From an uncultured Planctomycetia bacterium (GTDB lineage: Bacteria; Omnitrophota; Gorgyraeia; Duberdicusellales; 4484-171), in contig CAZVRU010000005.1 of NCBI GenBank assembly GCA_964629785.1, positions 27,225-90,615 on the forward strand: DNA of 63,391 nucleotides, given 5' to 3'. The translations under genes and the position numbers were made by a program. The first letter of the stretch is position 1. Every line of letters starts with the position of its first letter. A model generated the notes under the pieces. The model saw only the letters and a program-made list of their open reading frames with translations. It was not told the origin of the DNA and did no database searches. Shown piece after piece: positions 8,968 through 18,176 of the stretch.

Positions 8968-9486
8968 ATGAAAAAATGTTTTATAGCTATAGTTTCAATG
9001 CTGACTGTATTGGTAACCGGTAATTTTTTATTTTGTGAAAACGGGAGGTGTGAAATGATCTTGAAAAGCCCTGAATTCGGGCATAATCAGTCTATGCCGG
9101 CGAAATTCACCTGTCAGGGGCAGGATATCAATCCGGCACTGACTATCGAAGGCATACCGGCAGAAGCTAAAAGCCTGGCTTTGATCATGGATGATCCTGA
9201 CGCTCCGATGGCCACCTGGATACATTGGGTAGTGTATAACATCCCGCTCATCGATTCGATCGCCGAGGATTCGGTACCCGGTGTCCAGGGAAAGAACAGC
9301 TGGGGCAGGAATGATTACGGCGGTCCTTGTCCGCCGTCCGGTACACACCGCTATTTTTTTAAGTTGTACGCGCTGGATTCTACCCTCGATATCGGCCCGG
9401 GAACAAGTAAAAGAGCCCTGGAAGAGGTAATGAAAAGTCATATCATCGAGCAGACCGAGTTGATAGGCCTTTATCAGAAGCATTGA
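8968..9486 (+). CDS. YbhB/YbcL family PEBP (Raf kinase inhibitor-like) protein
   Basis: DPDAP..TWIHWVVYNI, YGGPCPPSGTHRYFFKLYALD; N-terminal signal-like segment; second SD plus ATG at 9055. Confidence 0.92.
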   Translation: MKKCFIAIVSMLTVLVTGNFLFCENGRCEMILKSPEFGHNQSMPAKFTCQGQDINPALTIEGIPAEAKSLALIMDDPDAPMATWIHWVVYNIPLIDSIAEDSVPGVQGKNSWGRNDYGGPCPPSGTHRYFFKLYALDSTLDIGPGTSKRALEEVMKSHIIEQTELIGLYQKH

Positions 9487-9598
9487 ACAGGGGATAAGTG
9501 GAGATTGAAAATATTGCTGTAAAATAGTAAGATAAAAGTGGTCAGTACAGAAATAAGAGCAGCAGGCAGGGATATGATAATCTGAAAGGAGGGGTTCG

Positions 9599-9925
9599 AT
9601 GGGAGAAGTTCTGGTTGTTTTATTGTGGATCGCAGTCTATGCTTTTTTTGCCTTTTGTCTGCAGACCATTGCTGCCAAGACAAATACGGCCAATGCCTGG
9701 CTGGCCTGGATACCGATCGCCAATCTGGTGCTGATGTGCCAGATCGCCGGCAAACCTGTATGGTGGCTGATTCTTTTTTTAATCCCGTTTGTCAATATCA
9801 TTATCCTGCTGATTGTCTGGATGGCCATTGCCGAAGCGTGTAAAAAACCGTCCTGGATAGGTGTGCTGATGATCGTGCCTCTGGCCAACCTGGCGATCCC
9901 TGCTTATCTTGCTTTTGCCGATTAA
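9599..9925 (+). CDS. Small membrane protein (DUF5684-like)
   Basis: AWLAWIPIAN...KPVWWLILFLIPFVN...LMIVP signature, 4 TM. Confidence 0.7.
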   Translation: MGEVLVVLLWIAVYAFFAFCLQTIAAKTNTANAWLAWIPIANLVLMCQIAGKPVWWLILFLIPFVNIIILLIVWMAIAEACKKPSWIGVLMIVPLANLAIPAYLAFAD

Positions 9926-9937
9926 AGATCTATAGCG

Positions 9938-9969
9938 AAATGCCCCCTGCCCGGCAGGGGGCATTTTTT
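9938..9969 (+). terminator. Intrinsic terminator
   Basis: Perfect 13-bp stem AAATGCCCCCTGC-ccg-GCAGGGGGCATTT running into a T tract. Confidence 0.8.
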
Positions 9970-9988
9970 CAACAGACAAGGAGCAGTT

Positions 9989-10222
9989 ATGAAAGATACC
10001 GATTACGAAGGGTTCGACAGTTTCAAGGATAAGTTAACTGAGCTGAAAGGCCGGGAAATAGAGATCGTTCTCGATACCCCATCCGATATCTGCGAGATAA
10101 AAGGCACATTGGTCGATGTGGGCGGTGATTTTGTCGCTTTGACCACTGTCGGTGACCAGCGCCTGAAGATGTACAATGCCCGCTACATAATCAGTTGTTA
10201 TGTGGCCGGCGATACTGACTGA
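9989..10222 (+). CDS. Hypothetical small beta protein (Sm/SH3-like pattern)
   Basis: 77 aa, AAGGAG SD, L.GREIEIVL...IKGTLVDVGGDFVAL pattern. Confidence 0.6.
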   Translation: MKDTDYEGFDSFKDKLTELKGREIEIVLDTPSDICEIKGTLVDVGGDFVALTTVGDQRLKMYNARYIISCYVAGDTD

Positions 10223-10524
10223 TTTTTCTGCCTGTTTCCGCCTGCCCGGGCCGGTAAAAAAAGTTAAAAAAAGACGGCATTTTGCCGATAATTATAATAG
10301 AGGGGAAAAACGTTTTTGAAGAAAAAGGACATTGAAAATCAAGGTATTTTGAATTATGAGCAGGATCGCCGCTGCCGGCTGTCAATATTCTGTCGTCTCT
10401 ATCACATTCCACTTTGTAAAAAGAGGGTGCTTCAAACCTTGTGAGGGGGGGGTACCCTCTTTTATTTTATCCCCGTTTTCTGGTACAATAATACCGATAA
10501 ATCAGGTAAATCAAGAGGTGCAAC

Positions 10525-10986
10525 ATGGGAACAGCTAAAAAAGTAAAAGAGCAGCGGCATTTTATACGCCATCCGATGTGTTTCCCCCTTCGCTATACGG
10601 TAGTTGTAAAAAAAGGTAAAGACAACAAAGAAAAGAAGGCTTCTACCATAAATATCAGCCGGGGCGGTCTGCTTTTTTCCGCCAGGCGGTCGGTCGATGC
10701 CGGGGCGGTCATTGTCATAAAAATACCTTTTCAGAGCAAGATATTTAAAGTTAAAGCCAAAGTAGTGCATTGTGAAAAGCTTTCCGAAATATCTTTATAC
10801 GAGATCGGTGTAAGATTTTTGCGCTATAACGAAGCATTCAAAGTTAAATTGATCGAACAGATGTATTTGATCAGCGAATATCGTGACCTGAACAGTATTC
10901 GCCTGGGCCGCGACCTTACCATGCAGGAAGCTTCCAAGGAATGGGTAAAGCGTTATTCCAAACGTTTCCAGCGTCTTTACTGGTGA
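10525..10986 (+). CDS. PilZ-domain c-di-GMP receptor
   Basis: RHFIR (RxxxR) and NISRGG (D/NxSxxG) motifs, KVVHC...YEIGVRF; GAGG SD. Confidence 0.88.
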   Translation: MGTAKKVKEQRHFIRHPMCFPLRYTVVVKKGKDNKEKKASTINISRGGLLFSARRSVDAGAVIVIKIPFQSKIFKVKAKVVHCEKLSEISLYEIGVRFLRYNEAFKVKLIEQMYLISEYRDLNSIRLGRDLTMQEASKEWVKRYSKRFQRLYW

Positions 10987-11086
10987 TATTTCCTTTTTTC
11001 ATCTATTTCCCGACTAATTAATGTTTGCCTGCCTTGCTGCGCCGGTGGTATCATGGTAAATAGATATTATCGGGCGGTTGATCTTT

Positions 11087-12013
11087 ATGGATAGTGAAAC
11101 GAAGACAGATAAGCGGACAGGATCTTTTTCTCTGAGGACGAGCCGGGCTTTCCATGTTACCGGTAAAGGGATGCTTACCAACGGTATGCTGCTCGTTGTC
11201 AAGCTGGCGGCCGGCTTTGCGGGAAAAAGTAATGCCATGATCGCCGACGGATTTCATTCCCTGTCTGACTTTATCACCGATTTTCTGGTATTATGGGGAT
11301 TCCGGGAAACGGAAAAGCCGGCGGATCATTGCCATGATTACGGTCACGGAAAGATCGAAACACTGGTCACCTCGGTCATCGGAATCGGCTTGTTCATTGT
11401 GGGGATAAAGATCTTCTGGTCGGGAGCTGAAGTCGTTGTCGGAACAGTGAGGGGCCATCCTCTGGTCCGGCCGGGCTGGATCGCTTTCTATGCCGCATTG
11501 CTGTCTCTGGGAGTAAAGGAATGGATGTACCGCTATACTGTCAAGGTCGGCAGGGAGATTAAAAGCCAGGCAGTGATCGCTAATGCCTGGCATCATCGGT
11601 CTGACTCACTTTCCTCTCTGGCTGCCTTTATCGGCATCGGGGGAGCGATCGTTCTGGGAGAAAAGTGGCGGGTGCTCGATCCTCTGGCAGCGATCGCGGT
11701 AAGTTTTTTTATAGCCAGGACTGCTTTATCGATCGCCCGGGAGAGTTTTCAGGAATTGATCGAAGCTTCCTTGTCCGATGAGACGGAAGAGGAAATACTG
11801 CTTGTTGTGGAAAGCGTAGAGGGGGTGCGCAACCCCCATAATATGAAAACCCGTAAGATCGGCAATGATATTGCCGTGGATATTCATATCGAAGTGGATA
11901 AAAATATGAATATTGTCCAGGCTCATGAGATATCTTCTCAGGTAGAAACGAAATTGAAACAGCGGTTCGGTTCCCGTACCTTTGTTTCGGTACATGTGGA
12001 GCCCTCCCGCTAA
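11087..12013 (+). CDS. Cation diffusion facilitator (FieF-like)
   Basis: ADGFHSLSD, HDYGHGKIE, ANAWHHRSD, AHEIS..VE, VSVHVEP. ATG at 11087 preferred over TTG 11078. Confidence 0.92.
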   Translation: MDSETKTDKRTGSFSLRTSRAFHVTGKGMLTNGMLLVVKLAAGFAGKSNAMIADGFHSLSDFITDFLVLWGFRETEKPADHCHDYGHGKIETLVTSVIGIGLFIVGIKIFWSGAEVVVGTVRGHPLVRPGWIAFYAALLSLGVKEWMYRYTVKVGREIKSQAVIANAWHHRSDSLSSLAAFIGIGGAIVLGEKWRVLDPLAAIAVSFFIARTALSIARESFQELIEASLSDETEEEILLVVESVEGVRNPHNMKTRKIGNDIAVDIHIEVDKNMNIVQAHEISSQVETKLKQRFGSRTFVSVHVEPSR

Positions 12014-12798
12014 TGGCTGCAGTCACGATCAAAACACAGTTGAAAAAAGCAGGCCGGGTGGCCGCTGACATTCTGGATAAAGCCGCTGAAATCATCAAAC
12101 CGGGAGTGAGTACCGAAGAGGTCAGCCAACTGCTTGAGGAATACAGTAATTACCTCTATCCCGCTTTCCGCCTTGCCAGTAAAGGATACCATGGGTTTCC
12201 TGCGCCGCTTTGTATCTCGGTCAATGAATACATAATCCACGGCGTTCCTTCCGGACAAATAATAAAGCAGGGGGATCTGGTCAAAGTCGATGTGGTGGTA
12301 GAATATAAAGGGTGGTTCGCCGATACGGCCCGGACTTACGGGGTGGGCACACTGTCCGGGACGGCAATCCGTCTGACAGAGGCTACAGAACGGGCCCTGC
12401 AAGCGGCGATAGATGCTGCCCGGCCGGGTAATACTATCGGGGATATAGGATACGCGGTCCAGCAGTGCGCTGAGCAGGAAGGATTTTCGGTGATGCGTGT
12501 TTATTCCGGACACGGGATAGGAAGGGTCATGCATGATGAGCCGAGCATCCCCAATTTCGGCCGGCCGAAAGAAGGATTGCTTTTGAAACCGGGTATGATC
12601 CTGGCTATCGAACCGATGCTTTTTGCCGGCGCTTCGGATGTCGAAACAGGCCCGGACAATATCTCGATAAAGTCTGTAGACGATTCGCTTACTGCCCATT
12701 TCGAGCATACGGTGGTGGTTACCGGCAGCGGACCGGTGATCATTACTGCATCGGATCGCCGCGGTGGGGAAACAGTAAAAGAGGAGAGAAGACAATGA
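12013..12798 (+). CDS. map: Methionine aminopeptidase type I
   Basis: CISVNEYIIHGVP, GWFADTART, SGHGIG, AIEPM, AHFEHTV; TAATG overlap with the upstream gene. Confidence 0.95.
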   Translation: MAAVTIKTQLKKAGRVAADILDKAAEIIKPGVSTEEVSQLLEEYSNYLYPAFRLASKGYHGFPAPLCISVNEYIIHGVPSGQIIKQGDLVKVDVVVEYKGWFADTARTYGVGTLSGTAIRLTEATERALQAAIDAARPGNTIGDIGYAVQQCAEQEGFSVMRVYSGHGIGRVMHDEPSIPNFGRPKEGLLLKPGMILAIEPMLFAGASDVETGPDNISIKSVDDSLTAHFEHTVVVTGSGPVIITASDRRGGETVKEERRQ

Positions 12799-13064
12799 AT
12801 ATGCCGATGATTCTGGCGATAGCCGGTATTGTTATCGGGATCATGGGGGCGATCTGGGGCATTTGTCTGAGTTTTAAAAGAACCGCCGATCCTTTGCAGC
12901 ACCGGGTGTTAAGACAGTGTGTTTTTATAATGACCGGCAGCGCCGGGATAGCTATGCTTTTATTCTTTTTTCTGCCGATGTCATTTAAATTTTATTTCTG
13001 GCTGCCTTTCCCTTTCGCCTTTCTGCTTACCTTACTGTTGTGGAAACGGAATATAAAAGGATAG
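12795..13064 (+). CDS. Small 3-TM membrane protein
   Basis: ATGA overlap with map, GAGGAG SD, three hydrophobic segments. Confidence 0.6.
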   Translation: MNMPMILAIAGIVIGIMGAIWGICLSFKRTADPLQHRVLRQCVFIMTGSAGIAMLLFFFLPMSFKFYFWLPFPFAFLLTLLLWKRNIKG

Positions 13065-13069
13065 CGGGG

Positions 13070-13501
13070 TCAGCTGCCATGACCGTTTTCTTTTACCGGA
13101 GAACGGGCCTTCTTTTTTTCTGAGCGTATTTTTTTATCCCGAAGAATCTTTTCTTTGGCCCGTTTAGAACGTTTTCTTTTCTGTCTTTTTATTTTAGCAA
13201 TACGCTTTTCTTCGGCGCTTTTTTTGCCGATAAGCATTCGTTCTATCTTGTCGGTAAGGTTCCGCCGGGCCAGGAAACGGTTCAGCGCCTGAGAACGTTC
13301 TTTCTGGCATTTCACTTCCAGTCCGGTAGGCAGATGTTTCAGATATACGCAGGTAGAGGTCTTGTTCACGTTCTGCCCGCCGTGTCCGCCGGAACGGATA
13401 AAACGTTCGATCAGGTCGTCCTCTTTTATGCCCAGTTGTTCCATCTTTTTTTGCAGGGCTTTCTCTTTTTCGGCGCGCACCCCGTATTTTAAAAAATTCA
13501 T
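13070..13501 (-). CDS. arfB: Alternative ribosome rescue peptidyl-tRNA hydrolase
   Basis: RSGGHGGQNVNK GGQ motif, CQKERSQALNR, long basic C-terminal tail; true start ATG at 13501 with GGGGAG SD (the ORF-track start at 13813 is spurious). Confidence 0.9.
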   Translation of the reverse strand: MNFLKYGVRAEKEKALQKKMEQLGIKEDDLIERFIRSGGHGGQNVNKTSTCVYLKHLPTGLEVKCQKERSQALNRFLARRNLTDKIERMLIGKKSAEEKRIAKIKRQKRKRSKRAKEKILRDKKIRSEKKKARSPVKENGHGS

Positions 13502-13577
13502 GAAAATATCCTCCCCCCATATCATATCACAGAATAGAAAGCTGAAAAATGCCTGCGGCCAGAGGATTTTTCCGGGG

Positions 13578-13606
13578 TTGACGCGGGTAAGGCATAAGAG
13601 TATGAT
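13578..13606 (+). promoter_or_regulatory. Sigma70-type promoter
   Basis: TTGACG-17 bp-TATGAT upstream of CDS 13665, back-to-back with arfB. Confidence 0.6.
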
Positions 13607-13664
13607 TTTAAGTATAGTATTCAGACGATGATCGGGATTCGAGACCCGGGAAGGGAGAGGATAT

Positions 13665-13916
13665 ATGGACGCTGAACAGCAGAAAATAACCGAACTGGCC
13701 GAACAGAACATAAAGATTTCCCGCGCCCTGATGGATATTGCCGAGGCAGTGAAAAAGCTGGATATGGTCATCAGCGTTTTATCGGAAAAAACCGCGGTCA
13801 ATACCTCGATCATCGAAAATATACTGAAAGAAAAACTTCACCTGTCGCAGCCGGAAATAAATGTGTTGCTGGAAGAGGCCCGGCAAAATTACCGGCAACA
13901 GGGACAGACCGGCTGA
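13665..13916 (+). CDS. Hypothetical coiled-coil protein
   Basis: 83 aa, GAGGA SD, heptad-like amphipathic helices. Confidence 0.6.
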   Translation: MDAEQQKITELAEQNIKISRALMDIAEAVKKLDMVISVLSEKTAVNTSIIENILKEKLHLSQPEINVLLEEARQNYRQQGQTG

Positions 13917-14051
13917 CTACGGTTGTTGTTCTGAGCTGCACCATCTGGACTATCTTTCCCGTACAGAATATTTGATTGAAATCGCAGAGGTTGTTATCCC
14001 CGGAAAAGAGGGTGGCTGTAGCGGTATATTGTAGAAAAAAGGAGGTGGGTG

Positions 14052-14861
14052 ATGGAGGAGATGTGGGCTAAGATCTATGAATACGGAATGCTTTACGGTT
14101 TGAGCCTGCTGGCCGCGATCGTTATCTTTGTCGTAGGTAAATGGCTGGCCCATCTTATAGCCGGACTTATTGAAAAATTGCTCAACAAGGCCAATGTGGA
14201 TAAGACTCTGACCAAGTTCGTAAGGAATATGGTCTATGCCGCTTTGCTGGTTTTTGTCATTATCGCGGCATTAGGCAAGCTGGGAGTTCAGACTACTTCT
14301 TTTATCGCGGTGATCGGTGCTGCCGGCCTGGCAGTAGGCCTGGCATTGCAGGGGTCGCTTTCCAATTTCGCGGCCGGGGTTTTGTTGATTTTGTTCAAGC
14401 CGTTCAAAGTAGGGGATTTTATCTCAGCTGCCGGGACTCTGGGAACTGTCAGGGAAATACAGATATTCTGTACTGTTCTGGATCATTTCGATAACCGGCG
14501 GATCATCGTTCCCAATTCTAAAATTACCGGCGACAACATAACGAATTTCAGCGCGATCGAAAAAAGGAGAATCGACCTGGTGTTCGGTATTTCTTACAGC
14601 GATAATATTAAGACCGCGAAAGAAGCTCTGGAAAAAGTCGTTGCTTCTGATCCGCGTGTTCTGAAAGATCCCAAACCGGTCATTGCCGTTTCGGAATTGG
14701 CCGACAGCAGTGTCAACCTGGTATGCCGGCCCTGGGTAAAGCCCGGCGATTACTGGGATGTTTATTTCGATACTCTGGAGAAAGGCAAGCTGGAATTAGA
14801 AAAGAACGGGATTACTATTCCTTTTCCCCAGCGCGATATTCATATGTTCCAGGAAAAATGA
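14052..14861 (+). CDS. mscS: Small-conductance mechanosensitive channel
   Basis: IGAAGLAVGLALQGSLSNFAAG, PFKVGD, IVPNS, IPFPQRD; AAGGAGG SD. Confidence 0.95.
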   Translation: MEEMWAKIYEYGMLYGLSLLAAIVIFVVGKWLAHLIAGLIEKLLNKANVDKTLTKFVRNMVYAALLVFVIIAALGKLGVQTTSFIAVIGAAGLAVGLALQGSLSNFAAGVLLILFKPFKVGDFISAAGTLGTVREIQIFCTVLDHFDNRRIIVPNSKITGDNITNFSAIEKRRIDLVFGISYSDNIKTAKEALEKVVASDPRVLKDPKPVIAVSELADSSVNLVCRPWVKPGDYWDVYFDTLEKGKLELEKNGITIPFPQRDIHMFQEK

Positions 14862-14876
14862 TCTTTTCGCCTTTTA

Positions 14877-14906
14877 AAAGGACGGCCGGAGAAACGGCCG
14901 TCCTTT
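14877..14906 (+). terminator. Stem-loop after mscS (possible terminator)
   Basis: 12-bp stem AAAGGACGGCCG-gagaaa-CGGCCGTCCTTT. Confidence 0.55.
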
Positions 14907-14921
14907 GCCGGGCGGATTTTC

Positions 14922-15620
14922 ATGAAAAAGATTTGTAAGCATCCCACCATAAAGTCCTGGGCCAAAGAAGACCGGCCCCGGGAAAAATTACTGGCCCAGG
15001 GAGAGCATCGGCTCGGCGATTCGGAGCTTCTGGCTATTTTGCTGCGTACCGGAAGCAAAGGAGAAAGCGCTCTCGACCTGGCCCGTCTGATCCTGCGAAA
15101 ATTCAAAACTTTCCGCGCCATGAGCCGCGCTGATAGCGACCAGTGGAAAGAGTTCAAAGGTCTGGGGGAAGCAAAGCTGGCTCAGTTGAAGGCTGCTATC
15201 GAAATAGGCCGGCGATTCGGTGAAGAGCAGATCAAAGAAAAAAAATTCAGAATAAAGTCTTCGCGCGACGCAGTCGATATACTTATGCCGCGGATGCGTG
15301 ATCTGAAAAAAGAACTGTTCAAGGTGCTGCTGCTGGACGCCAAGAACAAGGTCATCGATATCGCGGAAGTGGAAGAAGGAACAGTGAATTGCGCTTACCC
15401 TCTGCTGCGGGAGATTTTTCAGAAAGCCCTTCAGAATTGCGCGGTTTCCCTGATCTGCGCTCACAATCATCCTTCCGGCGATCCCGCGCCAAGCCGGGAA
15501 GACCGGGATTTTACCAGAGATCTCTGCCGGGCCGCCGGTATAATGCAGATGAAAATGCTGGATCATATCATCATCGGAGACAATAATTATTACAGTTTTG
15601 CCGATTCCGGGGAGCTGTAA
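14922..15620 (+). CDS. radC: RadC family protein (HhH plus JAB/MPN)
   Basis: DRPREKL, SELLAILLRTG, GLGEAK, AHNHPSGDP.PS.ED, LDHIIIG. Confidence 0.93.
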   Translation: MKKICKHPTIKSWAKEDRPREKLLAQGEHRLGDSELLAILLRTGSKGESALDLARLILRKFKTFRAMSRADSDQWKEFKGLGEAKLAQLKAAIEIGRRFGEEQIKEKKFRIKSSRDAVDILMPRMRDLKKELFKVLLLDAKNKVIDIAEVEEGTVNCAYPLLREIFQKALQNCAVSLICAHNHPSGDPAPSREDRDFTRDLCRAAGIMQMKMLDHIIIGDNNYYSFADSGEL

Positions 15621-15870
15621 AATTTAGTCGATAGTCGATGGCCGATAGTCGATAGTAGAAATGAGAAGATGAGAAATGAGTTGGGAGTCAGGAGTTCGGA
15701 GTAGAAAATTTTTACGCGTCCTTCGTCCCTCATCCCAGCGCAGTGGTCGTTTCACGTCTTACGTTTTGGCTAAGAGCTAACAGCCTGCCTCGCGGCAAGG
15801 CGGGCCAAGAGCTAAGAGCCGGAGCGCGCCGTAGGCGGCTTTCGGACTCTCTGCTCTCTACTTTTGGAAA
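15621..15870. repeat. Large intergenic heptamer/palindrome mosaic
   Basis: TAGTCGA x5 degenerate (15625-15659), ATGAG-type units, GGAGT-type units, CGTCCTT/CGTCCCT, CTAAGAG units split by CCTGCCTCGCGGCAAGGCGGG (15784-15804), CGCC-GTA-GGCG (15827-15837), CTCTCTG/CTCTCTA. Confidence 0.9.
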
Positions 15871-15936
15871 AATAAAGTGTTTACTCGGGTCAGGGGAGGA
15901 GTATAATAATTTCTTTTTAATTATGTGAGATAAAAT

Positions 15937-17622
15937 ATGTTTGACCAGACCCTGCAGATCATAGAGAAAATATCATTTTTTCACCTGAACATCCTTTTTC
16001 TTCTGGGATTGGCCCTGTTCGGCGGTACTATCGGCGGCAGGCTTTTCCAGAAACTGCGCATTCCTCAGGTAGTGGGCTATATCGTTATCGGTATCGCCAT
16101 CGGCCAGGCCGGACTTCAGATCGTCGATCAGGCCACGATCGAAATGCTTAAACCGTTCAATTATTTTGCTCTGGGATTGATCGCTTTTGTCATCGGCGGT
16201 GAATTGAAGAAAGAGGTATTCCGTAAATACGGCCGTCAGTTCATGTATACATTGTTTGCCGAAGGCCTGTTCGCTTTTGTCTCTGTGACCCTGCTGGTCG
16301 GTTTTATCGGCTCTCTGTTCTTGCCTGACAAACGTCTGGTCTGGGGGCTGGCTCTTCTTATCGGCACCATCTCTTCGGCTACCGATGCCGCGTCGACACT
16401 GAATGTTTTTACCGAATATAAGACCAGAGGGCCGCTTACCATTACTACCCTGGGTATAGTGGCTCTGGACGATGCTTTAGCCTTTTTGCTATTCGCGATA
16501 GTCGCCAGTTTTATCGGCAGTATGACCGGTTATGAGCATCTGGGGCTGATGCAGTCTTTCGGCGCTATTTTTTATGAGATCGGAGGTTCGATCTTTGTAG
16601 GGGTTTTTTCCGGAATGATATTGTCCTGGATGTTGCGGCATTACAGTGAGGAAGACAGGATCCTGGCTTTTTCGCTCGGTGCCGTACTTATCGTGCTGGG
16701 CCTTTCTCTGGCGGTCAACGTAGATATGCTGATCGCGGCCATGGCAATGGGAACGGTGGTGGTCAATGTCACGCCCCGCAAGAGCAAAGAGATATTTTCT
16801 CTGGTGGGCAGGTTCACTCCGCCGATCTACGTCCTGTTTTTTGTTCTGGTGGGAGCCACTCTTGATGTCCGATCGGTGCCTTTGCATATTATAATTTTCG
16901 TTTTTCTTTATTTAGGAGGGCGTACCCTGGGAAAGATCGCCGGAGCCCGCCTCGGCACCTGTTTTTCCCGTGCTCCGGAAAAAGTGCGGCGCTATCTGCC
17001 CTTGTGTCTTTTCAGCCAGGCCAGCGCGGCAATCGGTCTGGCGATACTTGCCTCGCAGAGATTTCCCGGCGAGATCGGAAATACGATCGTTCTGATCATT
17101 ACCGCTACTACCTTCGTTCTTCAGCTTGTGGGCCCCTCTTTCGTAAAAAAAGCCGTAACTGCTGCCGGGGAAGTGGGTTTGAATATCAGTGAAAAGGATT
17201 TTATCCGCACGCTTCGAGCCGGAGATGTCATGGATGCCGATCCGCCGCTGATCTATAAGGATATGTCTCTGGCCCAGATCCTTAAGATATTCAGTGAATA
17301 TAATAATCTTTTTTATCCGGTGGCCGACAAGGAAAAAAGACTTCAGGGGATCATCACCGTGGACAGTATCAAAAAGACTTTTCTTGAGGCGGGATTGAGC
17401 AATCTGGTGGTAGCCGATGATCTGAAAGAGAAGGTCCTGGCTGCAGTGTCCCCGGATACGGGTATGAACGATGTCCAGGCTTTGCTGGAACGCTATAACC
17501 TGGAATATATGCCGGTGATCACTGCCGATAACCGGGTGGCCGGGTTTATCGAGCGCCGCTCAGTAGAAAAGATCCTGGCGACCCGATTTCTGGAATTCCA
17601 GAAAAAAGCCGATATTTCCTGA
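15937..17622 (+). CDS. Cation:proton antiporter (Kef/CPA-type) with C-terminal CBS pair
   Basis: About 12 TM, LRIPQVVGYIVIG, SATDAA, ALDDA; C-terminal AGDVMD...GIITVDSI and MPVI...GFIER CBS repeats. Confidence 0.85.
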   Translation: MFDQTLQIIEKISFFHLNILFLLGLALFGGTIGGRLFQKLRIPQVVGYIVIGIAIGQAGLQIVDQATIEMLKPFNYFALGLIAFVIGGELKKEVFRKYGRQFMYTLFAEGLFAFVSVTLLVGFIGSLFLPDKRLVWGLALLIGTISSATDAASTLNVFTEYKTRGPLTITTLGIVALDDALAFLLFAIVASFIGSMTGYEHLGLMQSFGAIFYEIGGSIFVGVFSGMILSWMLRHYSEEDRILAFSLGAVLIVLGLSLAVNVDMLIAAMAMGTVVVNVTPRKSKEIFSLVGRFTPPIYVLFFVLVGATLDVRSVPLHIIIFVFLYLGGRTLGKIAGARLGTCFSRAPEKVRRYLPLCLFSQASAAIGLAILASQRFPGEIGNTIVLIITATTFVLQLVGPSFVKKAVTAAGEVGLNISEKDFIRTLRAGDVMDADPPLIYKDMSLAQILKIFSEYNNLFYPVADKEKRLQGIITVDSIKKTFLEAGLSNLVVADDLKEKVLAAVSPDTGMNDVQALLERYNLEYMPVITADNRVAGFIERRSVEKILATRFLEFQKKADIS

Positions 17623-17849
17623 TAAATAACCTTTCTTTTCGAACTCCTTTAAACCGAAAACAAAAGTTTTCTTCGAATATAGCAAAATTATCCCTGAATA
17701 TGGTATAAACATAGACTTGTTCGGAAAACTGCAGGCGTATATCAAGGGGGGGTATATATGCCGAAAAACTGTTTCCTGCATAAAAATAATCATATTTTAC
17801 TGGTACATTGTTGCCAGCCTTCCCCCCTTAGTTAAAAAAAGGAAGGTGT

Positions 17850-18176
17850 ATGGGAGCTAAACACTATTTTTTCAGAAAGCGTGATGGTCAGGTAAATGAT
17901 CAGCAAAAGGCGTCTCAGGCCGATACTTCTCTGCCAAGCTTTTCCGGTCTGGAGATAGTCGAGGTTATCCGGGAAAAATACTGCTACGTGATATATATGA
18001 ACCTGCCGGGAAGTTCCCGGGTGTTTAAGTTCAGCATCAAAAAGGACGGCAGTGTGCGGGGTTTTTCCCATAACCATACTCTTGAGCTGACTGATTCGTG
18101 TCAGCAGACGATCAGGGAAAAATTCAATTTTTATTTCCGGCAAAATCAGTCCTATATCATCTCCAATAACCATTGA
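17850..18176 (+). CDS. Hypothetical protein
   Basis: 108 aa, AAGGAAGG SD, fills the gap between two genes; no family recognised. Confidence 0.55.
   Translation: MGAKHYFFRKRDGQVNDQQKASQADTSLPSFSGLEIVEVIREKYCYVIYMNLPGSSRVFKFSIKKDGSVRGFSHNHTLELTDSCQQTIREKFNFYFRQNQSYIISNNH

Noticed and set aside
14922-15620. radC next to a large repeat mosaic as a sign of a mobile element or as the mosaic's nuclease
   Set aside because: It is the ordinary full-length HhH+JAB chromosomal form; no integrase or cargo nearby, and 12 other mosaics have no radC neighbour.
15937-17622. Antiporter-CBS fusion as a novel nucleotide-gated transporter
   Set aside because: Cation:proton antiporters with regulatory CBS or similar C-terminal domains are already known; nothing further is visible here.
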